Source: an uncultured virus (IMG/VR IMGVR_UViG_3300021963_000039) (taxonomy: Duplodnaviria; Heunggongvirae; Uroviricota; Caudoviricetes). From it: a stretch of 64,000 nt of DNA. How positions within the stretch are numbered: position 1 is the stretch's first letter; every line of letters begins with the position of its first letter. The notes beneath the pieces are model-generated. The model was given only the letters and a program-made list of their open reading frames with translations. It was not told the origin of the DNA and did no database searches. Location of the stretch: the IMG/VR virus record IMGVR_UViG_3300021963_000039, one strand, 5' to 3'. Positions 9,575 through 19,177 of the stretch are shown here, in pieces. Position numbers and translations under genes: made by a program.

Positions 9575-9898
9575 GGTTATCTCGGACTTTATTGCCCGTT
9601 GATTTATTACCAACCAAGTATACCTTCTCTTAGATTTAATGCTATGTTGTGTGTGCCAGTTCTTCTTCTGTCACATAATAGTCATCATACGCTAGACAAC
9701 CCATCCAGTTTTGGGGATTATTACCATAGATTTCAATCTCTCGGATTTCGTCAAGAAGTTCTGATAGTTCATTCGAAAACATTGGAAGACCCTCAATTAC
9801 TTTTTTATTATAGCAGAAAAATCGTCTATTGGCTCAGTTTTATTTTGGGATAATATTTAATCAAATTGATTGAGTTATATATGTTAGTATAAGGAATA

Positions 9899-9923
9899 AA
9901 AAAAGAGGGTTATAAACCCTCTT
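9899..9923 (-). terminator. Intrinsic terminator after cp12
   Basis: AAGAGGGTT-tat-AACCCTCTT stem followed by T-run. Confidence 0.7.
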
Positions 9924-9927
9924 CTAA

Positions 9928-10140
9928 TCAATCATCATAAACTCTACATTCCAGAGCATCAGGATGTGAGTCACAATAAAGTTCTAATGGCGTTGGGTCA
10001 TAAGAATCTTCCGGATGTCTCTGTTGGTATTTTTCTAGTGCTTGAAGTTCTTCTTCCGTATGACGACGCATTTGTGGGGAGATGGTTGGGTCTTCTATAA
10101 GTTTTCTATCTTTATCGATATGTTGTTGAATATCATTCAT
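9928..10140 (-). CDS. cp12: Calvin cycle inhibitor CP12 (phage type)
   Basis: C-terminal DPTPLELYCDSHPDALECRVYDD; TAAATA late promoter at 10162-10167. Confidence 0.92.
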   Translation of the reverse strand: MNDIQQHIDKDRKLIEDPTISPQMRRHTEEELQALEKYQQRHPEDSYDPTPLELYCDSHPDALECRVYDD

Positions 10141-10167
10141 TGGGATATTTTTAATATCATATATTTA

Positions 10168-10332
10168 TCAACCACCTCTTTCCTGAAGAGACCTTACAAG
10201 TAGTTCACTAAATCGTTCCATATGAGTATAATGAACTGATGCTGGTGAGTCATTAATTGCGTTTTTAAGAGCGGAAAGTTCCTTCCACTCCTCTTCGGTG
10301 AGAGTTTTAATTTTTGGTTGTGTAAGGTTCAT
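10168..10332 (-). CDS. Small hypothetical protein (54 aa, not in ORF track)
   Basis: Manual translation MNLTQPKIKTLTEEEWKELSALKNAINDSPASVH...RGG. Confidence 0.55.
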   Translation of the reverse strand: MNLTQPKIKTLTEEEWKELSALKNAINDSPASVHYTHMERFSELLVRSLQERGG

Positions 10333-10431
10333 AATTCCTTCATTTTTCAGAAACTATTATACTATTATCTATGTAGATGTGTTGATTTCCTAACAATCTC
10401 TTAAGAGTGTTGTTATAAAACTTTACATAAC

Positions 10432-10662
10432 TCATCCAAACATATTCCCGAACATTCCGCTGTCTCCAAACTTACGATTTTCCAGTTTATCCAATAGATT
10501 TTCCGTGTGTTCTAAAGTATCAAGTGAGTGAATAATCTCAGCGATGTGCTTACATACAAAAGGTTTTTCATTCACGGCGGCATCCCGAAGGGCAGCACGA
10601 AGATGTCCCTGCGCCTCAAGTAGTTCTTCTTTGACTTTGGGTGAAATCATTTTAATCTCCAA
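10432..10662 (-). CDS. Conserved cyanophage hypothetical protein
   Basis: LLEAQGHLRAAL..AA.NEKP helical motif. Confidence 0.6.
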   Translation of the reverse strand: MEIKMISPKVKEELLEAQGHLRAALRDAAVNEKPFVCKHIAEIIHSLDTLEHTENLLDKLENRKFGDSGMFGNMFG

Positions 10663-10671
10663 GTAATAATG

Positions 10672-10869
10672 TTAATTTAGTTTAAGTAAGGTGTCGTAAT
10701 CCTCCTCTGGAAGCATACAAAGAGCACAAGACGCAATCTCATAAATGTCCTCTTTTGTGAGACCATCAAGTGTCATACAAGGTCCCTCACCAAAGGCAAT
10801 AGAGAAACTATAACCATCTTCGGGATGTGATGAACCACAGGTTTGGATGGTTCTCATTCCTTCACCCAA
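10672..10869 (-). CDS. Hypothetical protein
   Basis: ORF overlapping the upstream gene. Confidence 0.5.
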   Translation of the reverse strand: MGEGMRTIQTCGSSHPEDGYSFSIAFGEGPCMTLDGLTKEDIYEIASCALCMLPEEDYDTLLKLN

Positions 10870-11399
10870 AATCCATCATCGGTCATAGTCCAACCAGCGG
10901 CAATTGCCTCATCGTGATTGAGTTGTTTCACAGATTTTTTAAGAATAAAAGTTCCGTCATCATTATCAATCCACTCAACATCATCTCCTTCCTTAAGATT
11001 TGCTGCTTCTAATAGGTCATCAGGAAATGTGATGAAATATTCACCATTCACAGTATCTTCTTCTACGGGAAGTTGCCACTTGACTACCTTATCTTCTTTA
11101 TATTGAGAAAGTTCTTCCATATCACTATGCCCCCAAGGACGCATATAATCATCCGCCTCTTCTTGTTTGAGTTTGGTTACAGTTTCATCCCAAGCATCCT
11201 TAAACTTTCGGTCAAACTCCTCAAGGTAATACTGTAGATACTCATCCACAGCGTACATAAGAGTTTCTGTTTTCTCACGATTTCCGGATTCTAGTGAGAC
11301 AATCGCACTATCCAGAATCGCACGGGCACTACAGATTTTTGATGATACAGATTCTAGTTCATTCAGCGTTTTCCACACGCGATCATAATTAAGTGTCAT
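10854..11399 (-). CDS. Protein with C-terminal AbrB/MazE-like domain
   Basis: GEYFITFPDDLLEAANLKEGDDVEWIDNDDGTFILKK fits the swapped-hairpin AbrB pattern. Confidence 0.65.
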   Translation of the reverse strand: MTLNYDRVWKTLNELESVSSKICSARAILDSAIVSLESGNREKTETLMYAVDEYLQYYLEEFDRKFKDAWDETVTKLKQEEADDYMRPWGHSDMEELSQYKEDKVVKWQLPVEEDTVNGEYFITFPDDLLEAANLKEGDDVEWIDNDDGTFILKKSVKQLNHDEAIAAGWTMTDDGFWVKE

Positions 11400-11431
11400 T
11401 TGTGTTTTTACTCTCTTGAATTGCTTGTTGT

Positions 11432-11460
11432 ATTATAATCTGTATTTCTTTGCTTGTCAA
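11432..11460 (-). promoter_or_regulatory. Consensus sigma70 promoter
   Basis: TTGACA-17 nt-TATAAT upstream of the AbrB-domain gene. Confidence 0.85.
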
Positions 11461-11676
11461 TCCATTTAACCAACTCCACATAGGATCCTCTTTGTCCCAT
11501 TCTGCCGTATAAGAATCGTCTTTATTTTTTATAATTTTTAGTGAGTCACTCATCAGTCTCTTTTCTTGGGAGCATTACAAACATTACAATAATATGAGAA
11601 ACCACTCTTAAAACCCTTAACGACCTGATAGTGGTCTTTATCGAGTGGTTTCTCTTCACCACAGTTGGCACACACT

Positions 11677-11895
11677 CTAGTTTGGGGTTTCCCAATCTGA
11701 TTTTTCTTGTTTACGGAGGCTCTTAAGTTCTCTGTAAAGTTCCTTGATTTGTTGATAAGCGTCTTCTGGCGAGATCTTATCCGCGATTTCAAGTCCGGCA
11801 ATGAGACCGACTTTATCTCCAAAACGAGCCAGTGCTCGTTCAAAAATTGAAAGATCCTCATACATCTTGATTAACTCCACAATGTTCAGCAACAA
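11677..11895 (-). CDS. Conserved cyanophage hypothetical protein
   Basis: FERALARFGDKV..I.GLE..DKIS.EDAYQ.IK motif; start probably MYEDL. Confidence 0.6.
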   Translation of the reverse strand: MLLNIVELIKMYEDLSIFERALARFGDKVGLIAGLEIADKISPEDAYQQIKELYRELKSLRKQEKSDWETPN

Positions 11896-12094
11896 TATCT
11901 ATGCGGGCATCGACAGCACGGATATTTTCCATCAATTCATAAAATAAATTCGAGGTCTCAATATTTTCTTCTTCTAATCTTCTAATATCCTCAAGAGCAC
12001 CATAATATTTCTGTTCTAATCCCGCAAGACGATCATAAACATCATCAATCGGTACTTGATCCGCATATCCCCAGTTGTGTAACCATCCCATCAT
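11858..12094 (-). CDS. Hypothetical coiled-coil protein
   Basis: Packed array. Confidence 0.55.
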   Translation of the reverse strand: MMGWLHNWGYADQVPIDDVYDRLAGLEQKYYGALEDIRRLEEENIETSNLFYELMENIRAVDARIDIVAEHCGVNQDV

Positions 12095-12273
12095 TTAATC
12101 ACTCCTATAGATTTCAAATAAAGATTGTATCTCATAAAACGCTGAACCGATGGTTTAATATCCAAACTCCTACAACACTCACAATATGATAAAAACTCAA
12201 AGAATGGTGTTGTGGGGTCTAGTGCCGGATACTTTGGATCATAATACCCGATAATCCCGCGAAAGTCAAGCAT
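12091..12273 (-). CDS. Hypothetical protein
   Basis: Packed array. Confidence 0.55.
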   Translation of the reverse strand: MLDFRGIIGYYDPKYPALDPTTPFFEFLSYCECCRSLDIKPSVQRFMRYNLYLKSIGVIK

Positions 12274-12460
12274 TTAGTTCTTCGGCAAGGGATAGAAGGT
12301 CATTTTTATCCAAAACAATCAAATCGTTTTGTGCCGTATAAGACCTTATATTCTCTGCGGCAGTAAAAAGAATGGCGGCAACTAACTTTTCTTCTGTATC
12401 GGCACCATTATTGCGGTGTTCCCATACTGCGTTCATAAACTCCTGTGCTCTTTCGGTCAT
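12266..12460 (-). CDS. Hypothetical protein
   Basis: Packed array. Confidence 0.55.
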   Translation of the reverse strand: MTERAQEFMNAVWEHRNNGADTEEKLVAAILFTAAENIRSYTAQNDLIVLDKNDLLSLAEELNA

Positions 12461-12645
12461 TTTTGGTATAGTTGGTAATCTTTTTTGGTGAAATTACTTT
12501 TGGTTATGTATTTTTGAGCGTTCATTAAAGAGTCAAAATAACAGGTTTTAATATCGGCAAGTTCTTTGCCTTCCCTATGAACGACGATGACGGGAAACCC
12601 CTCATACTTAAACTCCGGAACCACATCAAGTTTTTTCTTTGGCAT
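12457..12645 (-). CDS. Hypothetical protein
   Basis: Packed array. Confidence 0.55.
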   Translation of the reverse strand: MPKKKLDVVPEFKYEGFPVIVVHREGKELADIKTCYFDSLMNAQKYITKSNFTKKDYQLYQK

Positions 12646-12814
12646 TTTCCTTCAGGATTGTTCTGGTATTATAGCACGACTTTGGAGTTTCTGCTCGCAA
12701 TATTCTTTGATTTCACGAATAAAATCCTCCTCGGTCCAAGTACTCAACATATTTTCGATGGGGTCATTCTCATCCCAACTAATCGTATATGTCCCGTCTC
12801 GTTCTTTTTTTACG

Positions 12815-13003
12815 TCAATCATTTATTTTTTCCCCCCATAACCATTTAGTTTCTCCTGTTGGATTTGGTTGTAGTTCATAATACTCTTCGTCATCTAATC
12901 GTCTATACACATAATGAGTTCCGTCCTCTCTCTCACAAATAAATTCACATTTATGAGGAGAATACAATCGTGCCTCAATTATTTTGTCCTTTAGATTTAA
13001 CAT
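12815..13003 (-). CDS. Hypothetical protein
   Basis: Packed array. Confidence 0.5.
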   Translation of the reverse strand: MLNLKDKIIEARLYSPHKCEFICEREDGTHYVYRRLDDEEYYELQPNPTGETKWLWGEKIND

Positions 13004-13334
13004 CGTATTTGATTATAATTTTCTTATGACTGGTATAATTGTCGGAGCACGAATAATGTTCTACCACACCATCAAGTTCTTTAGCAATTTCATTTATATC
13101 CTTTCCACATTTATATCCTTCCTCATAAGCAGCGAGTAACCACTTATACATCAACTCTTTTCTTTGTTGCGGATCTTCTGTTTCCGCATCACCATAAAAA
13201 TATTCACTCAAGAATGTATATGGTGATACATTACTATCTATCCAATTTAAGAAATGTTCCTCAATCATTTTTGGCAGTCCAAGAAATAGTGATAGTTTGC
13301 TCCATTTGGAGGAGAATATCTCACGACCGCACAT
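12975..13334 (-). CDS. Hypothetical protein (true start likely MIEEHFL)
   Basis: Packed array. Confidence 0.5.
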   Translation of the reverse strand: MCGREIFSSKWSKLSLFLGLPKMIEEHFLNWIDSNVSPYTFLSEYFYGDAETEDPQQRKELMYKWLLAAYEEGYKCGKDINEIAKELDGVVEHYSCSDNYTSHKKIIIKYDVKSKGQNN

Positions 13335-13471
13335 CCATTATAAGTATCAATGACCTCAAACTTACTTTCATATTGGAGTGCTTCTGCTGGTTGATTAGGT
13401 TTTATCATATAAAATACTAGAAGAAGTGATAATACCACAACCGTAGTACCAAAAATTACTGGTTTATTCAT
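13265..13471 (-). CDS. Small membrane-anchored protein
   Basis: N-terminal TM helix; FEVIDTYNGC.VVRY. Confidence 0.55.
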   Translation of the reverse strand: MNKPVIFGTTVVVLSLLLVFYMIKPNQPAEALQYESKFEVIDTYNGCAVVRYSPPNGANYHYFLDCQK

Positions 13472-13676
13472 CCCAAGGAGACCTCCTTTCTAAAAGTTGT
13501 TTGAGTTTTTCGATTGTTTTTGGGTCTGGTGGTTCGGCAAGTCGTTTTTGGAGTTCCTCAAAGTCTTCTCTGGAGATACAGATTGTTTCTGGTTTTGCTC
13601 CAAAGTATTTAAGGCATCTGCGTTCATACCTCCAGTGCTTATAATCACGCCATAAGGATACAAAAAAGTTTTTCAT
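13464..13676 (-). CDS. Hypothetical protein
   Basis: Packed array. Confidence 0.55.
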   Translation of the reverse strand: MKNFFVSLWRDYKHWRYERRCLKYFGAKPETICISREDFEELQKRLAEPPDPKTIEKLKQLLERRSPWDE

Positions 13677-13942
13677 AATTCTCTGGTGTGTGAAAGATTA
13701 TAAGGTGCCCCATATGATATAAACTCCATACTAAATGAGAACGACCAGATATTAAAGTCTATGGAGAATATACTACCACACAAAAATCCCAAAGTCAATC
13801 TCATACGAGGGTTCCAAGACCAATATTCGCTTGTATGTATCTCTACATCAAGAATATTAAAGTTCTTAAACTGACCTATGGTTGCGTAGGCGTCCCTCCC
13901 ATAATCATAATCTGTATAAAAATCAAAGAGTTTCATCGTCAA
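13673..13942 (-). CDS. Hypothetical protein
   Basis: Packed array. Confidence 0.5.
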   Translation of the reverse strand: MTMKLFDFYTDYDYGRDAYATIGQFKNFNILDVEIHTSEYWSWNPRMRLTLGFLCGSIFSIDFNIWSFSFSMEFISYGAPYNLSHTREL

Positions 13943-14271
13943 AAGAGAAGTATTCGTAGATTTCGGACATTACACACTCTTCTATATTGTCACGAATGGT
14001 TCCCTCATTTGGGTTCTCAATATGTTTGTGTGCTCTGTGCCAACCACGCTTGACACCTGCGTTAATTGCCATTTCTAAAATGACAAGAGTTTTAGCTTTC
14101 ATTCTTCATCCTCCTCATAAGGAAACATTTTATCATACGTTTCATCAGTAATAGCAAGATACTGAACGTCAGCATCACGGTGCTCCTCCGCATACACTAA
14201 CTGGTAGTGTGCGAAAGAAGCAGGGTCAGTACTAGCGTATTCTACCAGACCATCAACCAAACATAAGTAGT

Positions 14272-14475
14272 TCATACAATCTCCCAGTCACATTCCCAGT
14301 GACAATCTTCACTTATATTTACCCAGAAGAAGTATTTTTGATTTTGACTGGCAAGAAACAACATACCATCTCCTTTATCCTGTTCCACAATACAGACAGA
14401 ATTATTTTCCATACTATTGATAAGGCGGTTTTTTGCCTTACTAGATTTAGGTTTTACAGTAACTTTGCGGGTCAT
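14272..14475 (-). CDS. Conserved cyanophage hypothetical protein
   Basis: V.PKS.KAKNRL.N.M...C.VEQ....LFL.S.N..YFFWV. Confidence 0.65.
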   Translation of the reverse strand: MTRKVTVKPKSSKAKNRLINSMENNSVCIVEQDKGDGMLFLASQNQKYFFWVNISEDCHWECDWEIV

Positions 14476-14732
14476 TTGAAAAATCCAGTAGCAACAGCGA
14501 TAATTAAAACAATAGCAAGAATAGTAAGACCAATCAGAGCACTAATCCACAAAGGAGATAGTACCCACCACCAACTCCAAGTAATGTGACCGGTAAGTTT
14601 TAGACCAATAAACAATACAGTAAGCAAACTAGGGAAAATACCACTAGAGGAAGATGAAGTGTTGTTAGACATAATGTTAGAATTGGAGTTTTTGATTGCG
14701 TTTTTTTCGATTAAATCAAGAAATTTACTCAA
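14472..14732 (-). CDS. Small two-TM membrane protein
   Basis: LLTVLFIGLKLTGHITWSWWWVLSPLWI motif. Confidence 0.65.
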   Translation of the reverse strand: MSKFLDLIEKNAIKNSNSNIMSNNTSSSSSGIFPSLLTVLFIGLKLTGHITWSWWWVLSPLWISALIGLTILAIVLIIAVATGFFK

Positions 14733-14764
14733 GAGGTGTGTGTCGTTTTTTTTATTTACCTAGT

Positions 14765-14823
14765 CATTATAAGGCAAAAATGGGGTCCCGTAAAGACCCC
14801 TTGTGACGGTTTGTCGGGTGTCC
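14765..14823 (-). promoter_or_regulatory. Repeated early-promoter motif
   Basis: GGACACCCGACAAACCGTCACAA-hairpin-TATAAT; abuts the endonuclease stop codon. Confidence 0.65.
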
Positions 14824-15537
14824 TTATGATATTCTGCGTCTATTGTTCTTGGATGTATCTATACCTCTTGCTTTTTGATATTTTGATAATCCTCCAGAGT
14901 TAGAAACATAACCAGTTTCAAGGCACATCCATTTTTGTGCGTTTGTTGTTCTTGAACCTATTTTTCCACCTTTTTTACCTGCTTCCTTTCCAATTTCTCT
15001 TCTTTGCTCCGTATTTAGTGAAAACAATCCCAGTCCTAATTTTCTTTGTGTTTCTGCTCCCCTTTTACCTCCTATTTTACCACACTCACTCAATTGTTCC
15101 TTTGTTAGACTGAATATCCCAACACCAAAGTCTCTATTATTAATTCCGGATATTCTACTATTTTCTTTAATTTGTTCTTCACTTAAAGAAAAAATACCAG
15201 TTTTAAGTTCTTTCGCTCTTTTCCCTGTTTTTCTTTTTATTTCTAATGAAGGAGTGCCGCCACAATTTTCATTTAAACACCACCTATCAGCATTATAAAA
15301 TTGCTTTATTATTCTCTTTTCAACTTTATTTGCTTCTTTCCAACCTTCGTCCGTATAAGGAAAAACTTCTAATATTTGTTTTTGTGGAGTATAAAGTTCC
15401 CAACACCATTTATTTGTATATGGAGAACCCCAATATTCTTCGTTTAAATATTTTTCCTTCTTTACCCCATAGTAATAGTAAGGAACTTCCTCAAAGGTAA
15501 TTTTGTATATGTAAATTCTTGGACTTTGTGAAGTCAT
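14824..15537 (-). CDS. Free-standing GIY-YIG/Seg-like endonuclease A (MTSQ family)
   Basis: IYIYKIT..YYYYG, YWGS, conserved E and LNEN.GG; 3 GIFSL repeats; WMCLETG C-terminal domain. Confidence 0.75.
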   Translation of the reverse strand: MTSQSPRIYIYKITFEEVPYYYYGVKKEKYLNEEYWGSPYTNKWCWELYTPQKQILEVFPYTDEGWKEANKVEKRIIKQFYNADRWCLNENCGGTPSLEIKRKTGKRAKELKTGIFSLSEEQIKENSRISGINNRDFGVGIFSLTKEQLSECGKIGGKRGAETQRKLGLGLFSLNTEQRREIGKEAGKKGGKIGSRTTNAQKWMCLETGYVSNSGGLSKYQKARGIDTSKNNRRRIS

Positions 15538-15651
15538 TTCTATTCTATCAAACCCGCATTATTATTTATAAGAGTTTATAATGGAAAAGGTGCCCGAAAG
15601 CACCTAATCTGTCCGTAGAGATTGCGGGTTCAACAGACATTTATATTTATA
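15538..15651 (-). ncRNA. Putative antisense sRNA/leader cassette A
   Basis: TATAAATA (15644-51), X UCUGUUGAACCCGCA (15623-37), terminator (15585-605), TATAAATA (15563-70), X' UGCGGGUUUGAUAGA (15544-58); 15 bp with 3 G-U pairs. Confidence 0.65.
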
Positions 15652-16447
15652 TTTCAACTTCAAAGTTTGGATTGAAGTTCAAATTAAGTCCAGAATTGTT
15701 ATATGAATTGTAGTATCCACGAGGATTACATACAACTCTACAATTACCAATCATATAATCCATGTTCTCATGCGTATGTCCGTGTGAGAAGTATTTGATT
15801 TGAGGATGATCCAAAATCAAATCCTCCAAGTTACTCGCATATGCCCCATTCGCAATACCAGCAGTTCGGTATTTTGGATGAACCGATTGATAAGAGGGGG
15901 CATGATGTGTAAGAACCCAAGTTTTAGTATCCTTAAACTCCTCCAATTTTTGCTGAAGAAATAGTTTGGACTTCTTATGAAACTTGAGAGTATCATCCGG
16001 GTTCATCTTACGATAGTTGGAACCAATACGAATAACCTTATAATCATTCATACACTGTGCCGCTTCCATCATCTCCAGAGCATTCTCATTACGAAAATCA
16101 GTCCATAATGTTGCTCCAAGAAATACCCAGTCCTTGATTTTTACATAATCGTTCTCAAGGTAATGGATTTCTTTTGGTAGATGTTCTGCGAGGACATCAA
16201 AAGTTCCTTCGTAGTTGTAACCATATGCTTCATGATTTCCATTTAGATAAAGAACCTCATCAAAGTTCTTTACACACTTCTGTAGGAAGTCATCATAAAC
16301 TTTCTTAAGAGGTCCATTCTTCTTAAAGTGCCGGGCACATAGAATGTCTCCACCAAGAATAAGAACATCTCCTGCTCCAAGGTCAGGAACTCCGTGCCCG
16401 TGTTCGCAACATTCCAAATGTAAATCGCTGACGACTTTGATTTTCAT
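15647..16447 (-). CDS. Calcineurin-like metallophosphoesterase
   Basis: SDLH, GD, GNHE, THH, HGHTH and NPRGY motifs. Confidence 0.9.
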   Translation of the reverse strand: MKIKVVSDLHLECCEHGHGVPDLGAGDVLILGGDILCARHFKKNGPLKKVYDDFLQKCVKNFDEVLYLNGNHEAYGYNYEGTFDVLAEHLPKEIHYLENDYVKIKDWVFLGATLWTDFRNENALEMMEAAQCMNDYKVIRIGSNYRKMNPDDTLKFHKKSKLFLQQKLEEFKDTKTWVLTHHAPSYQSVHPKYRTAGIANGAYASNLEDLILDHPQIKYFSHGHTHENMDYMIGNCRVVCNPRGYYNSYNNSGLNLNFNPNFEVEI

Positions 16448-16512
16448 AATTCTTTTACCTATGAGAACACTATAACCGATTGTGAGTTCGTTTGGGGTTG
16501 TCTTGTGCCACT

Positions 16513-16968
16513 TTAGAAATTGCCCCTACCCTGTCCTACATCAAACACAAATACACCACGATTTATCCACATATCAATTACCCTTTTCCTATCATCAAAA
16601 ACAGCAAAGATATTATAATCCTTCTCAATCTGGTCGGCAAGTTCTCCCTTTACAATCGCATCATCCCGATGGTCTTCATACTTTCGCATTAGAAGACCAT
16701 TATAATCGTGTTCGCAAATACCATACTTCTCAAACCATTTCAGGGTCACATCACGATAGTCATCACTTCTTCCACTTACAAAGAAGATTGGAAATCTATC
16801 TTTGAGTGCGTTAAGAACCTCAAGAACCTGTGGAATTGGTCGGTCGTTTATAATTCCAGCATTCCAGGCATTCCAATTGCGAGGTTTAGTTGCGACATAC
16901 TGACGACGACGAGACACATCACATAATGTCCCATCCAAATCCACAACTATACAATTAGGTTTAGTCAT
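16513..16968 (-). CDS. HAD-family polynucleotide 3'-phosphatase (T4 Pnk C-terminal domain-like)
   Basis: DLDGT, SGR, LLMR, VFDDR..V..MW motifs. Confidence 0.88.
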   Translation of the reverse strand: MTKPNCIVVDLDGTLCDVSRRRQYVATKPRNWNAWNAGIINDRPIPQVLEVLNALKDRFPIFFVSGRSDDYRDVTLKWFEKYGICEHDYNGLLMRKYEDHRDDAIVKGELADQIEKDYNIFAVFDDRKRVIDMWINRGVFVFDVGQGRGNF

Positions 16969-17437
16969 TTACACACTCCACATAATCAAAGTCCTCGTTT
17001 TTAGTGGGAATTTCTAGTTGATGATACATTCTTTTGAGAATGCTTTCGGGAATAAACTTACCTTCACGATGATTGTTTCGTTCTAGTGCCTCCTCTAGTG
17101 ATATCTCAAAGTATATCACACCTCTTGCGTAAAAGGAAGGGATTTTAAGAAGTTTTTTCCTTCGGGATTTGACTGATAAGTTTGTTTGATCCCAGATAAT
17201 GTTCTTGCCCTTGTCCTTCGCCATATTCAGTTGAAGTTCAAGTTCTCGGGTCGCATCACCAATCACATCATCGAAGATTTGATTGTAGGTAAGACCCATT
17301 CTTTGTGCTTGCTTTTCAATATAAGCATCTGTGGATAAGATTACAGCATTAGACCAATAAGGAATTGTTTTCAATTTTTCAGCGTATGTAGATTTCCCGC
17401 AACAAGGGATACCACACAAAAAGACGCATTCGGGCAT
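16961..17437 (-). CDS. P-loop kinase (polynucleotide 5'-kinase-like)
   Basis: GIPCCGKST Walker A, WDQTN, ERN..R. Confidence 0.85.
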   Translation of the reverse strand: MPECVFLCGIPCCGKSTYAEKLKTIPYWSNAVILSTDAYIEKQAQRMGLTYNQIFDDVIGDATRELELQLNMAKDKGKNIIWDQTNLSVKSRRKKLLKIPSFYARGVIYFEISLEEALERNNHREGKFIPESILKRMYHQLEIPTKNEDFDYVECVND

Positions 17438-17441
17438 AATA

Positions 17442-17735
17442 TCAAATGGAATGAGGAGAACTTATTTCAGTCCAAGGAAGAGTTTTCAGTTCTTCATCGG
17501 TAAATTGAATATACTCGTGATGTCGTGGTTCTTCTTTATAAGACTTATAAAGATAAAACTGTTTAAAATTAACAACAGTTCCTCTCAAATCTCCATCTCC
17601 ATCCACTTGATAAACAAGCACATCACAATACTTATTTCTATCGTAGGTCAAGATTGTTGCTCTACGAATAGGTGCTTTTTTTCCTTCAATATCACCATAA
17701 GATGGAATGGGATAATCAGTGAAAGCATCAAGCAT
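17442..17735 (-). CDS. Hypothetical protein
   Basis: First gene after the promoter motif at ~17760-17817. Confidence 0.6.
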   Translation of the reverse strand: MLDAFTDYPIPSYGDIEGKKAPIRRATILTYDRNKYCDVLVYQVDGDGDLRGTVVNFKQFYLYKSYKEEPRHHEYIQFTDEELKTLPWTEISSPHSI

Positions 17736-17817
17736 TTGGAGTTCCTTTGCGTATGGAAGTATTCTACAACAGAAAAAAGTTTTGGTAAAGACCCGTTGTG
17801 ACAGTTTGAGAAGTGGT

Positions 17818-18519
17818 CTATGATATTCTGCGTCTATTGTTTTTGGATGTATCTATACCTCTTGCTTTTTGATATTTTGTAAGATTTCCAGCATTTGTTA
17901 TAAAACCAGTTTCAAGACATTCCCATCTTTGGAGAGCATTTTTCTTATTTCTTTCTTGAACTTTTTCTGGTGGAATAGCAAAAATACCAACACCAAGTTC
18001 TTTTTGTTTTTTACCACTTACTTTACCACCATTAGATCTATATTTCCTCATCTCTTCTTTTGAAAGAGCAAAAAATCCTCTATTAAGTTCAACATTAATT
18101 TTTCCATTTATTTTTCCACTCTTAACACCACCTTTCCTACCGTCTTCGCGCATTTTTTCTTTACTTCTACCACATACGCCAGTTTTATTTTTTGCGTTTA
18201 TTTTTCCACCTTTTTTACCTGCTCTACTACAAGTATCTAATGAAAAAAGTCCTCCACAGTTTTCATTTAAACACCATTTATCGGTATTATAAACTGGTTT
18301 TATCAATCTTCTCTCAACTTCATCCGCATCCTCCCGACTGTTGAAGGTTTCCAATATCTGTTTCTTTGGAGTATAAAGTTCCCAACACCATTTGTGTGTT
18401 TTTGGAGAACCCCAATATTCCTCATCATATACTTTTTCTGCTTTCATTCCATAATAGTAATATGGAACTTCTTCAAAGGTAATTTTGTATGTGTAAATTC
18501 TTGGACTTTGTGAAGTCAT
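17818..18519 (-). CDS. Free-standing GIY-YIG/Seg-like endonuclease B (MTSQ family)
   Basis: Paralogue of A; start re-assigned to MTSQSPRIY. Confidence 0.75.
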   Translation of the reverse strand: MTSQSPRIYTYKITFEEVPYYYYGMKAEKVYDEEYWGSPKTHKWCWELYTPKKQILETFNSREDADEVERRLIKPVYNTDKWCLNENCGGLFSLDTCSRAGKKGGKINAKNKTGVCGRSKEKMREDGRKGGVKSGKINGKINVELNRGFFALSKEEMRKYRSNGGKVSGKKQKELGVGIFAIPPEKVQERNKKNALQRWECLETGFITNAGNLTKYQKARGIDTSKNNRRRIS

Positions 18520-18620
18520 AGTTCTGCTTTTGATTTGGTCTTTACTATTTATACAAGAAAAGGAGCATTTCTGCTCCCGTTCTCTGCTTTTAGCGACCAA
18601 ACCAAAGCACCATTATTTAT
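18520..18620 (-). ncRNA. Putative antisense sRNA/leader cassette B
   Basis: ATAAATA, X UGCUUUGGUUUGGUC, GGAGCAGAAATGCTCC-TTTT, TATAAATA, X' GACCAAAUCAAAAGCA, ATG. Confidence 0.65.
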
Positions 18621-19097
18621 CTACGAATAAACATACTCTTTCCAGTCCAAGACATTAGAAGTATTGATAGTCAGGTGAAGTTTATTATAAGGTCTCTTGA
18701 CTTGTTTCAATAAAATCATTCCTGCCTCTTCTGGTGTTCGGTTTCCTTTCTTTACATTACAAGAACCACAACACGAACATAGGTTCTCCCAACTATCAAT
18801 TCCTCCACGAGACGCAGGATGAATATGGTCTATTGTAAGATTTTCGGTTGCTCCGCAGTATAAACATTTGTATCCATCCCTCTTCATAACTAGACTTCTG
18901 GTGGGACGATTTTCCATTAACTTCTTATAAGGTAATCTAATATAATTCAGCAACCGAATGACTTTTTCGGTAATCATATGTGCCTTTTCTTTAAGAAGTA
19001 GAACAATTGCCCGACGACCATCACAAATATTGATAGGACTATAATCACTATTCAGTACCAGAATATTCTGTGTGATTTTGATTTTTTGATAATCCAT
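18621..19097 (-). CDS. HNH endonuclease (McrA-like)
   Basis: RDGYKCLYCG, LTIDHIHP.SRGG, WENL..CC..CN..KG; start MDYQK after the promoter motif at 19119-19177. Confidence 0.88.
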   Translation of the reverse strand: MDYQKIKITQNILVLNSDYSPINICDGRRAIVLLLKEKAHMITEKVIRLLNYIRLPYKKLMENRPTRSLVMKRDGYKCLYCGATENLTIDHIHPASRGGIDSWENLCSCCGSCNVKKGNRTPEEAGMILLKQVKRPYNKLHLTINTSNVLDWKEYVYS

Positions 19098-19177
19098 AAG
19101 GTCTATGGTTCTTTTGGGTATTATAGAACAATTTACCCATAAAGTCCAGTTCTTATGTGCCAATTTATCAAGTGTCC

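Noticed and set aside
10370..10430. NtcA box upstream of the cp12 region
   Set aside because: No proper GTA-N8-TAC match.
18520..18600. N-terminal extensions in the ORF track for nucleases B, F, H and I
   Set aside because: They run through the terminator, late promoter or leader; paralogue alignment places the starts at 18519, 26730, 58385 and 60800.
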